A stretch of DNA of 64,000 bases, taken from the NCBI GenBank assembly GCA_041660105.1, contig JBAZWZ010000004.1, positions 176 through 64,175 on the forward strand. The letters are read 5' to 3'. The stretch is from Minisyncoccota bacterium (GTDB taxonomy: Bacteria; Patescibacteriota; Minisyncoccia; Phycocordibacterales; UBA1550). The notes below the pieces were generated by a model. That model was not told the DNA's origin. It did no database searches and saw only the letters and a program-made list of their open reading frames with translations. Position numbers and translations under genes: made by a program. Of the stretch, positions 56,306 to 64,000 are shown piece by piece (the first letter of the stretch is position 1; every line of letters starts with the position of its first letter).

Positions 56306-57076
56306 TTAGTCCCAGATCCTCCAGGGTGCCTTATCTTTATTCCACATATCCTCAAGCTTAACTTTATCATGAAGTGTGTCCATTGCCTTCCAAAAACCAT
56401 CATGATGAAAGGCAACTAATTTGCCATCCTTCGCAAGCCTCTCAAGGGGTCTTTTTTCAAAAGGCATATCGTCCCCTTCTAAATATTCAAATATTTCTGG
56501 TTCTAAAACAAAGAAACCTCCACTCACTCTGTTTTTATTATCTGTTTTTTCACTAAAATTAGTGACTGTTGAATTTTCATCAAAAGCGAGCGTGCCAAAT
56601 CTCCCCTCAGGAACTACGGATGTAACCGTAGCTAATGCCTTATTTTTTTTATGAAACTCTACTAATTTATTAATATCCACATCAGCAACACCGTCACCGT
56701 ATGTCAACATAAATGTCTCAGCATCAATATAATCTTTTATTCTCTTTATTCTCCCCCCCGTCATTGTTTCAGCCCCCGTATCAACCAGTGTCACTTTCCA
56801 TTTTTCGCTTCGACTATTGTGATGGGTGATACTATTATTTTGCAAGTCAAACGTTACATCGCTATTATACAAATAATGATCATTAAACCATTCCTTTATT
56901 AAGTGCCCTTTATACCCAAGACAAATAACAAACTCGTTGTACCCGTAGTTGGAGTACAACTTCATTATATGCCACAAAATAGGCTTGCCACCTATCTCAA
57001 CCATCGGTTTTGGCTTTATGCTCGTCTCCTCACTCAATCTAGTACCAAGTCCTCCTGCTAAAATTACGACTTTCAT
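56306..57076 (-). CDS. rfbF: Glucose-1-phosphate cytidylyltransferase
   Basis: MKVVILAGGLGTRLSEETSIKPKPMVEIGGKPILWHIM is a near-canonical RfbF/DdhA N-terminus; 256 aa. Confidence 0.85.
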   Translation of the reverse strand: MKVVILAGGLGTRLSEETSIKPKPMVEIGGKPILWHIMKLYSNYGYNEFVICLGYKGHLIKEWFNDHYLYNSDVTFDLQNNSITHHNSRSEKWKVTLVDTGAETMTGGRIKRIKDYIDAETFMLTYGDGVADVDINKLVEFHKKNKALATVTSVVPEGRFGTLAFDENSTVTNFSEKTDNKNRVSGGFFVLEPEIFEYLEGDDMPFEKRPLERLAKDGKLVAFHHDGFWKAMDTLHDKVKLEDMWNKDKAPWRIWD

Positions 57077-57081
57077 ATTAT

Positions 57082-57351
57082 TTATCCGAGAAAATTTTTA
57101 CTAATAAAAAAATTGTTTAAGACCCTTTTGATGTGATTTCGTCCGTATTGTGTTTTCATATACTTTTCTCGATTATATGCATCTTTACTATTAATGTACG
57201 CTTCATAGTAAATAATTGCAAACGGTGCATTTCTTTTTGTTGAGGCAACTTTTTTTGCATTATGCAATACCAACCGAGCCTTTTTATCTTTCGTACAACC
57301 TGTGTATAATTCACCATTCTTTTTACTCTCAAGTATGTAAACGTATTGCAT
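57082..57351 (-). CDS. Free-standing GIY-YIG nuclease-domain protein (UPF0213-like)
   Basis: YVYILES...GELYTGCTKD...R...H, an 89-aa single-domain GIY-YIG. Confidence 0.75.
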   Translation of the reverse strand: MQYVYILESKKNGELYTGCTKDKKARLVLHNAKKVASTKRNAPFAIIYYEAYINSKDAYNREKYMKTQYGRNHIKRVLNNFFISKNFLG

Positions 57352-57369
57352 AATGAGTTAGTAAAAACT

Positions 57370-58458
57370 TTAGCGGATATTTCCAAAAAAATTATTAATC
57401 TGCTTATTGGTGAATTCTACCACATCTTCTTTATTGTCATAATAATTTTTATACCAATCAAAAGTGAGGTTTAAAGTTTCCTGAAAATTGAGTTTTGGCG
57501 CCCAATCAAGAAGGGCAATCGCTTTATTGATATCAAGCTTTAAAAGACTGGCTTCATGTTTTGATATATCAGGAATAATTTGATAACCACCTTTCCCTAG
57601 AATTTCTTTACTTCCTTCTACGAGGCTTTTTACATTATGGAAGCTTTCATTGTTTGGTCCAAAGTTCCAAGCACCTGACAAGTCAGTTCTTCCTTCATAC
57701 AATCCCTGCCCCAACTCAAGATATCCCGCAAGAGGCTCGAGAACGTGCTGCCATGGTCGGATAGACTCTGGGTTTCTAATTATCACATCTTTTCCTTCGT
57801 GGTACACAGCCCTAATAATATCGGGAATCAGTCTGTATTCCGCCCAGTCCCCACCTCCAATAACATTCCCCGCTCTTGTTATAGCTACGAGGGTTGCGTG
57901 TTTTCCCCCAAAATCTTTTGGATTAAAAAAAGACTGAATGTATGAACTTGAAATAATATCTGCGGCTGCCTTACTGGAGCTGTAGGGATCATAGCCACCG
58001 AGGGGATCATTTTCGCGGTAAGCATGATGCCATTCCTTATTGTCATAAACCTTATCAGTCGTAATAACAACAGCAGACTTTACAGACTTCGTTTCTCTTG
58101 TTGCTTCAAGAAAATTTGCTGTGCCCATAACATTCGTTGATATGGTATCTATGGGGTCATCGTAACTAGTTCTCACTATCGCTTGAGCTGCTAAGTGAAA
58201 TACAATCTCAGGCTGTTCATCCTTAAAAAATTTTTTAAGAGCATCAATATCTCTAATATCAACAAAATAATTCTTTATATTCTTTTCTTGATTTAACACC
58301 TCAAACAAACTTGGAGTTGTGTTGGGCTTCAAAGAAATCCCGACTACTTCCGCTCCCCAATTCAATAATATTTGAGTTAGCCAAGCACCCTTAAACCCCG
58401 TATGTCCCGTTATGAGAACTTTTTTGTTTTTATAAAATTCGTTCATATTATTATCCAA
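57370..58458 (-). CDS. rfbG: CDP-glucose 4,6-dehydratase
   Basis: VLITGHTGFKGAWL N-terminus; SDR YxxxK; ~360 aa, typical of RfbG/DdhB. Confidence 0.85.
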   Translation of the reverse strand: MDNNMNEFYKNKKVLITGHTGFKGAWLTQILLNWGAEVVGISLKPNTTPSLFEVLNQEKNIKNYFVDIRDIDALKKFFKDEQPEIVFHLAAQAIVRTSYDDPIDTISTNVMGTANFLEATRETKSVKSAVVITTDKVYDNKEWHHAYRENDPLGGYDPYSSSKAAADIISSSYIQSFFNPKDFGGKHATLVAITRAGNVIGGGDWAEYRLIPDIIRAVYHEGKDVIIRNPESIRPWQHVLEPLAGYLELGQGLYEGRTDLSGAWNFGPNNESFHNVKSLVEGSKEILGKGGYQIIPDISKHEASLLKLDINKAIALLDWAPKLNFQETLNLTFDWYKNYYDNKEDVVEFTNKQINNFFGNIR

Positions 58459-58560
58459 ACAAAAATAGGTAGAGTGACACGTATTTATTGCCTATTCTTC
58501 AAAAAAGGATTATACTTTCTCTATTATTATTGATAGTAACATAAAAAACCCAGTAAGAAC

Positions 58561-59784
58561 ATGGCCAAAGCAAGTAAAGCAAAATTAAGAGTCCCCTATG
58601 GTTTCTCGGTTCACGGACAGGCAGAAATTGATGCAGTTGTTGCTGTCCTCAAAAAAGGGACTGCTCTTGGTGATAAAACCAAAGAATTTGAGGCAAAGAT
58701 TGCAAAAATGTTTGGTAAGAAATACGGAGTTATGGTCAACTCTGGATCCTCAGCAAACCTCCTCGCGTTTGAGTTACTTAATCTTCCAAGAGGTTCAGAG
58801 GTGATTACTCCTATTTTGACATTTGCTACCGTTGTTGCGCCGATGATTCAAAAAGGTCTTGTTCCTGTATTTATTGATGTTGATCCTGCCACATATATTA
58901 TCAACCCGGAACAAGTTGAAAAGGCTATCACCAAAAAAACAAAAGCATTGATGATACCTTCTCTTATGGGGAATATTCCCAACATGGTGGCTCTTGCTAA
59001 AATTGCAAAGAAGCATAAATTGTTTTTCATAGAGGACTCATGCGACACTTTGGGGGGTAAGTTTGGAGGGAAGCCAACAGGAACATATTCAGACATTACT
59101 ACAACGAGTTTCTATGGCTCTCATATTATTAACGGCGCGGGTGGAGGCGGTATGATTATGGTCAATGACCCTAAATGGGTCGACAAGCTTGTCGTTCTTC
59201 GTGGTTGGGGAAGAGAATCTTCTCTCTTTGGAGAAAATGCAGACTCTGAGCTTATCAAGAACCGCTTTAGTGGGAAAATAGGAAACATCCCTTACGACAA
59301 CAAATTCATCTTTAGTCAGATTGGGTACAATTTCCTTCCTCTTGAGCTTTCTGCTGCTTTTGCACTGGAACAACTCAAGAGACTCCCTGGTTTCATTACA
59401 AAAAGAAAGGAGCATTTTGCTGATCTATTAAGTTTTTTCGAGAAGAGAGATAAATATTTTATCCTACCCAAGCAGACTACTAACACTGAGACTGTTTGGC
59501 TCGCCTTCCCTCTCATCATTAAACCGGGAGCACCATTTACTCGTTTGGAACTCGTTACCTTCCTTGAAGAGGAGAATATTCAAACAAGGCCTATCTTTAC
59601 AGGGAACATCTTGAAGCAGCCTGGTTTCAAGAAAATCGAACATCGAAAACTGAGTGAGGCCTTCCCTAACACAGAACTTGTTATGAAAAATGGCTTTGTT
59701 GTAGCATGCCACCACGGACTTGAGGAAATACATCATCTCTATCTCAGGAATAAATTTGATGAGTTTTTGGCGCGATACAAGTAA
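58561..59784 (+). CDS. DegT/DnrJ/EryC1-family PLP/PMP enzyme with His replacing the Schiff-base Lys: predicted nucleotide-sugar 3-dehydratase (ColD/E1-like)
   Basis: Fold-type I sugar aminotransferase family (GSSANLLAF, DxxxAxG). The lysine position of SF(H/Y)xxK reads SFYGSH. Only two Cys in 407 aa, so no E1-type [2Fe-2S] site. Confidence 0.7.
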   Translation: MAKASKAKLRVPYGFSVHGQAEIDAVVAVLKKGTALGDKTKEFEAKIAKMFGKKYGVMVNSGSSANLLAFELLNLPRGSEVITPILTFATVVAPMIQKGLVPVFIDVDPATYIINPEQVEKAITKKTKALMIPSLMGNIPNMVALAKIAKKHKLFFIEDSCDTLGGKFGGKPTGTYSDITTTSFYGSHIINGAGGGGMIMVNDPKWVDKLVVLRGWGRESSLFGENADSELIKNRFSGKIGNIPYDNKFIFSQIGYNFLPLELSAAFALEQLKRLPGFITKRKEHFADLLSFFEKRDKYFILPKQTTNTETVWLAFPLIIKPGAPFTRLELVTFLEEENIQTRPIFTGNILKQPGFKKIEHRKLSEAFPNTELVMKNGFVVACHHGLEEIHHLYLRNKFDEFLARYK

Positions 59785-59809
59785 TAGTGCTTAAAGTGTT
59801 TTCAAAAAA

Positions 59810-60358
59810 ATGAAAATATCACCCACAAAATTAAAAGGAGTTTTTGTCATTGAAACTGATTTCTCTGAAGATGAGCGAGGCTCTTTTTCAAAAACCTTCC
59901 ATGCTGATATTTTCAAAAAATATAAACTGAGTAGAAATTTTAAGGAAAGTTTCTTTTCAATATCAAACAAAAATGTTATACGAGGTATGCATTTTCATTT
60001 GCCCCCAAGAGATCACGCCAAGCTCATATATGTAACACACGGTGCTATTCTTGATGTTGTGCTGGATCTTAGGAAGGATTCAAAAACATACGGTGATTAT
60101 GTATCAGTTGAACTCTCACAAAAAAATCACAAAGGTATCTATATACCAACTGGTTGCGCGCATGGTTTTCTTTCTTTAGAAGATAGTACTTGCACTGTTT
60201 ATTTGCAAACAAGTATGTATTCAAAAGAGCACGACACTGGTGTAAACATAGGCTCATTTGGAATGAAATGGGGGGTAAAAAATCCAGTCATCTCTAAAAG
60301 GGATAAAGGCTTAATGGCATTTAAGGATTTTGTTTCACCTTTTAATAAAACAAAATGA
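59810..60358 (+). CDS. RmlC-like cupin sugar-nucleotide 3,5-(or 5-)epimerase
   Basis: RGMHFH...HGF motifs of dTDP-4-dehydrorhamnose 3,5-epimerase-like enzymes; 182 aa. Confidence 0.8.
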   Translation: MKISPTKLKGVFVIETDFSEDERGSFSKTFHADIFKKYKLSRNFKESFFSISNKNVIRGMHFHLPPRDHAKLIYVTHGAILDVVLDLRKDSKTYGDYVSVELSQKNHKGIYIPTGCAHGFLSLEDSTCTVYLQTSMYSKEHDTGVNIGSFGMKWGVKNPVISKRDKGLMAFKDFVSPFNKTK

Positions 60359-61236
60359 AAATACTAATTAGTGGATCAACGGGTTTTATTGGAAAACATT
60401 TAACTGAGAAATTATTAGAAAAAAATGATGATGTTTGCGTTGTTATAAGGCCCTCTACTGATAAAAATAGTCTTAATAAAAAAGTTAGGGTTTACGTTTT
60501 TGACAATAATGTCAACGAATTGATTTCCTACTTGAAAAAGGAGCAGTTTGATGGAGTAATACATCTCGCTTCCCTCTTTTTGGCACAACATAAAACAGAA
60601 GATATTCCTGAATTAATAAATTCTAATGTTCTATTGGGCACAGCTCTGCTTGAAGCAGCAAGCAAAAGCAATGTGACATGGTTCATTAACACAGGGACTT
60701 TTTGGCAACATTACAAGAATAAAAAGTACTCCCCCGTCAATTTGTATGCAGCAACAAAACAAGCTTTCGAATCCATCGCGCAGTATTATATTGAAACATC
60801 TTCCATTAATTTTGTCACCATAAAATTATCTGACACATTCGGGCCACTCGATACAAGGCAAAAAATTCTAAATTTACTACTTAAGATAAGCAAGACGGGT
60901 GAAAAACTAGATATGTCTCCAGGTAATCAACTTATAGATATAAGCTATATCGACAGTGTTATTGATGGCTATTTACGGATGATTGATTTACTATCAAAGG
61001 ACGCAAAGAGGAGTATGAATGGTAAATCATTTGTCGTAAGCTCAGGAAAACCAGTATCACTTAGAAAACTAGCAGCGATTTTTGAAAAAGTAAGCAATAA
61101 GAAATTAAATATCAACTGGGGAGGAAAAGAATACCGACAAAGAGAAGTTATGGTACCATGGGGCAAGGGAGTTAAAATACCTGGTTGGAAACCTGGGGTA
61201 TCATTAGAAAAAGCAATTAGAAATACTATCAAATAA
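60355..61236 (+). CDS. NAD(P)-dependent SDR (putative 4-ketoreductase of the deoxysugar pathway)
   Basis: ILISGSTGFIGKHL Rossmann motif; 293 aa; translationally coupled (4-nt overlap) to the epimerase. Confidence 0.7.
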   Translation: MKILISGSTGFIGKHLTEKLLEKNDDVCVVIRPSTDKNSLNKKVRVYVFDNNVNELISYLKKEQFDGVIHLASLFLAQHKTEDIPELINSNVLLGTALLEAASKSNVTWFINTGTFWQHYKNKKYSPVNLYAATKQAFESIAQYYIETSSINFVTIKLSDTFGPLDTRQKILNLLLKISKTGEKLDMSPGNQLIDISYIDSVIDGYLRMIDLLSKDAKRSMNGKSFVVSSGKPVSLRKLAAIFEKVSNKKLNINWGGKEYRQREVMVPWGKGVKIPGWKPGVSLEKAIRNTIK

Positions 61237-61239
61237 TTT

Positions 61240-62163
61240 ATGCTGTTAACAATTGATGAAAATCTAATAGATCAAGATACTTGCCCTGTTTGTGGCGGAG
61301 ATGGCATCGTAATCGACACCATTAATACGATCAACCCTTCTTCAAATAAAAAAATTGATCTCGTAGAATGTGCATTATGTAAACATTGGTGGCACAATAA
61401 ATTACCTAACCAGAAACTATTAAATGACTTATATCAATCTGGATCGGAATATGTAGTTCCCGCAACTTATGCAAAAGCAGTCGTAACAAAACCGTCAAAG
61501 AATATCGACGATCTATTATTTGAAAAAATTTTTAATCAGCTATCCTCATATTCAAATAAAATCTCTAGCACCAAAAAATCATTCAACTATTTAGAACTAG
61601 GAATTGGATCGGGTCATATGTTTGACTTTTTTTCAAAAAAAGCAAACGTATCATATGGTGTGGAGCCTGGAAAATGGGTGCTTTCAGAAAATCAGAATAT
61701 CATCTCAGACGTTAAAGAAACACCGACTGATATTAAATTTGACTTAATTGTAGCCTCTGATGTTTTAGAACATCTCAGCAATCCGACCAATATGCTTAGC
61801 ACACTGAGAGGGTTTGCGGGCAACGATGGTATCATTTATTGTACATTCCCCAACAAAGATTCATTAAAGGCTCAGATTCAAAAAGGTGGGTGGCACATGG
61901 TGCGACCTTTTGGACATTTGCATTATTTTTCAGCACAATCCATAAAAAATACTTTCAAGAAATCTGGTTGGAAGATTGTTAAAATGAGGAAGCGTCGTAT
62001 CGCTGATAGCAGCATCCTTGATTTAATTAAAAAATTTGACACATCCAGTAAAAACATATTGTATCGTCTTGTGAAAAGTTTACTTGTCGGACAAATCCTT
62101 CTTGGAAAAGACCAGTGGTCCGTCATAGCTCTTAATGATAAAGAAATGTCAAACTACTTTTAG
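61240..62163 (+). CDS. Class I SAM-dependent methyltransferase with N-terminal Zn-ribbon
   Basis: CPVCGG...CALCKH zinc ribbon. LELGIGSGHMFDFF (motif I) and DLIVASDVLEHL (motif II/III). Confidence 0.7.
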   Translation: MLLTIDENLIDQDTCPVCGGDGIVIDTINTINPSSNKKIDLVECALCKHWWHNKLPNQKLLNDLYQSGSEYVVPATYAKAVVTKPSKNIDDLLFEKIFNQLSSYSNKISSTKKSFNYLELGIGSGHMFDFFSKKANVSYGVEPGKWVLSENQNIISDVKETPTDIKFDLIVASDVLEHLSNPTNMLSTLRGFAGNDGIIYCTFPNKDSLKAQIQKGGWHMVRPFGHLHYFSAQSIKNTFKKSGWKIVKMRKRRIADSSILDLIKKFDTSSKNILYRLVKSLLVGQILLGKDQWSVIALNDKEMSNYF

Positions 62164-62181
62164 TTTAAAAACTAATTAAAA

Positions 62182-63480
62182 ATGAATACTTACGAGAAAG
62201 TTATACACTACACAAGAGGGAAGCTTGCGCATCCTGGCATCCAAAAACATTCAAGAAACATGGGTTGGATGTTTTTTTCAAGGATAGCAAGTTTGGTTGT
62301 AGCCTTCATAACTACCGCCTATATTGCACGACATCTTGGACCAACAAACTACGGGCAACTAAGCTACGCGATTAGTTTCACTGGGCTTTTTGGTTTCCTG
62401 GCGTCTCTCGGCATTGACCAGATCCTCTACCGCGATCTCATTAGATATCCAGAAAAAAGAGATGTTTATATGGGAACCGCACTCGCCTTGAGATTGGCGG
62501 CGGGTATCATTACGGTAGTTCTTTGTACTGCTTCAGCATATATCTGGTCACCAAAGGATGTATCCCTTATTCTTATTTTCCTAGTGAGTTTAACTTTTGT
62601 TTTTGGCTCATTCCTATTACTGGGCTACGAGTTTCAAGCAGAAGCTAAATCAAAGTACCCTTCAATTTTTTCCACTATAATCATAATATTTTTAAATATT
62701 TTAAAGATATTAGTAATTTTTAACGATGAAGGTGTTATTTACCTTGCAGGACTTATTGTTCTTGAACCAATACTTTACGCACTTGGTTATTGGTATTTAA
62801 GAACGCGAGAGTATGGGAGCCTCAAAAACCTAAAATTTGATGGTCTTGTCGCTATTTCAATTTTAAAAGACTCATTCCCTCTTATTTTCGCTTCTGCATT
62901 TGTTGCAGCGTCAGCGCGCATAGACCAAGTTATGATAAAAAATATGATGGATACTGAATCAGTTGGTCTTTATGATTCAGCAGTAAGAATTTCTGAGTTG
63001 TTATATTTTGTTCCCAACATAATCATTACCGCCCTCTTCCCCGCTATAATTAACTCAAAAAAAGTTTCTGATGAATTATACTACAAGAGAACAAAAAAAC
63101 TGTTTGTGTTGGTCGTTGGTATTTCTATATTTTTGGCGATACCAACAGCGTTATTATCGAAATATTTAATCACTATAATATTCGGGGCTGGCTTCATTGG
63201 AGCATTCCCAGTTTTACAAATATATGTTTGGAGTAACATCGGCGCAGCTATGAGTATATTGGTAGGAAGTTTTTTAGTTGCCGAAAATATGACAAAAATA
63301 ATATCTCTAACAACTTTTTGTGGAATGATAACAAATGTCATTTTAAACTTAATCCTTATACCAAAATACGGGATGTCGGGGGCGGCGTTTGCTAGCCTTA
63401 TTTCATACACCATCCCCTTCCTTTCCGTCTTCTTTTTTAAAAAGACAAGGCAATTAGCATTAAATATTTTCAAAATATGA
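62182..63480 (+). CDS. Wzx-type polysaccharide flippase (MOP superfamily)
   Basis: 432 aa with about 12 TM helices and a polysaccharide-biosynthesis-protein architecture. Confidence 0.8.
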   Translation: MNTYEKVIHYTRGKLAHPGIQKHSRNMGWMFFSRIASLVVAFITTAYIARHLGPTNYGQLSYAISFTGLFGFLASLGIDQILYRDLIRYPEKRDVYMGTALALRLAAGIITVVLCTASAYIWSPKDVSLILIFLVSLTFVFGSFLLLGYEFQAEAKSKYPSIFSTIIIIFLNILKILVIFNDEGVIYLAGLIVLEPILYALGYWYLRTREYGSLKNLKFDGLVAISILKDSFPLIFASAFVAASARIDQVMIKNMMDTESVGLYDSAVRISELLYFVPNIIITALFPAIINSKKVSDELYYKRTKKLFVLVVGISIFLAIPTALLSKYLITIIFGAGFIGAFPVLQIYVWSNIGAAMSILVGSFLVAENMTKIISLTTFCGMITNVILNLILIPKYGMSGAAFASLISYTIPFLSVFFFKKTRQLALNIFKI

Positions 63481-64000
63481 AAACAACAATCACAATAGCT
63501 ATCCCCTCTTATAATAAAGAAAAATACATTAAGAAATGTTTATCTAGTATCTTGAATGAAAAACATTATATAGACAAAATAATTCTCTTGGACAATTGTT
63601 CTACTGATAAGACTTTTGAGATTGCAAAAACCTTTGAGCCTGAAATAAAATGTATTCAAAACGATACAAATTTAGGGATGGTGGGCAATTGGAATAAATG
63701 CATTGAGCTATGTGAAACTGATTGGCTCATGATTTTTCACGCTGATGACGAAATGGTCCCAGATGTTGTTTCTCACTACAGAGAAACAATTCAAAAATAC
63801 CCAACCGCAAACCTCGTTTGCGCAAACGCATATTCGATAATTGAAGAAGACGAGTCTACAAAAAGTTTAGGCAAGAGTGACCCAAAAGAATTCTATCGCG
63901 CAGGACTAGAAGCAATGGGTTGCCGAGGAAGCGTTTGCTCGGCGGTTATGGTCAAAAAGGAAGCGTATAATAAGCTCGGGTATTTTATTGACTCACTATC
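63477..64000 (+). CDS. Family-2 glycosyltransferase (5' partial, continues past the window end)
   Basis: MKTTITIAIPSYNKEKYI...LLDNCSTDKT...FHADDEM GT-A motifs; ATG at 63477 overlapping the wzx stop. Confidence 0.75.
   Translation, partial: MKTTITIAIPSYNKEKYIKKCLSSILNEKHYIDKIILLDNCSTDKTFEIAKTFEPEIKCIQNDTNLGMVGNWNKCIELCETDWLMIFHADDEMVPDVVSHYRETIQKYPTANLVCANAYSIIEEDESTKSLGKSDPKEFYRAGLEAMGCRGSVCSAVMVKKEAYNKLGYFIDSL

Noticed and set aside
58561-59784. Calling the DegT-family enzyme a canonical E1 (DdhC/AscC) dehydrase requiring E3
   Set aside because: Only two cysteines are present and there is no C-terminal Cys cluster for a [2Fe-2S] centre. I therefore favour a ColD-like mechanism, although this rests on my manual motif alignment.

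Overview
This 64-kb window looks like a small-genome, Patescibacteria/CPR-like bacterium. The evidence is a split transketolase, a minimal pentose-phosphate/glycolysis operon, many small membrane proteins, Wzy_C+TPR fusions and no UGA recoding. The first ~33 kb is mostly housekeeping, with almost all genes on the minus strand: typA, L25, fba, a PfkB kinase, tktC/tktN-rpe-rpiB-gap, gatB, obg, secA and murB. Mixed in are cell-wall hydrolases, two DedA proteins, a processive GT2 synthase and a PAP2_C-type protein. From ~33 kb to the end is a cell-surface/glycan accessory island: a 1268-aa multidomain surface protein, an O-antigen-ligase(Wzy_C)+TPR membrane protein, and a complete Fru-6-P to GDP-L-fucose route. 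The route uses a eukaryote-type HAD phosphomannomutase plus manC, gmd, gmm and fcl, and is followed by a GT11 alpha-1,2-fucosyltransferase, other glycosyltransferases and methyltransferases. Next come HD/Nudix/HAD/SDR/DJ-1 genes and a CDP-hexose cluster. That cluster has two cytidylyltransferase paralogs, a CDP-glucose 4,6-dehydratase, a His-for-Lys DegT-family 3-dehydratase, an RmlC-like epimerase, SDR reductases and a TPP-dependent YerE/acetolactate-synthase-like enzyme. It predicts an unusual 3,6-dideoxy sugar, possibly branched. A Wzx flippase and more GT2 genes follow. The intergenic DNA is unusually rich in structured repeats. There are three inverted-repeat elements built on CCCGTTAGAGGT that bracket or contain start codons of glycan genes, with one copy in-frame inside a CDS. 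A ~75-nt conserved leader with covarying hairpins sits upstream of gap and obg. There is a family of 40-52-bp perfect palindromes, and a 21-nt palindromic operator-like motif occurs twice near sugar-metabolism genes. I found no rRNA, tRNA or CRISPR array. Caveat: the ORF track uses GTG/TTG as well as ATG starts, so several starts were moved to the first plausible ATG. The sequence printout has a 50-nt line at label 43681, so hand-derived coordinates between ~41.2 and 43.7 kb may be off by ~10 nt.
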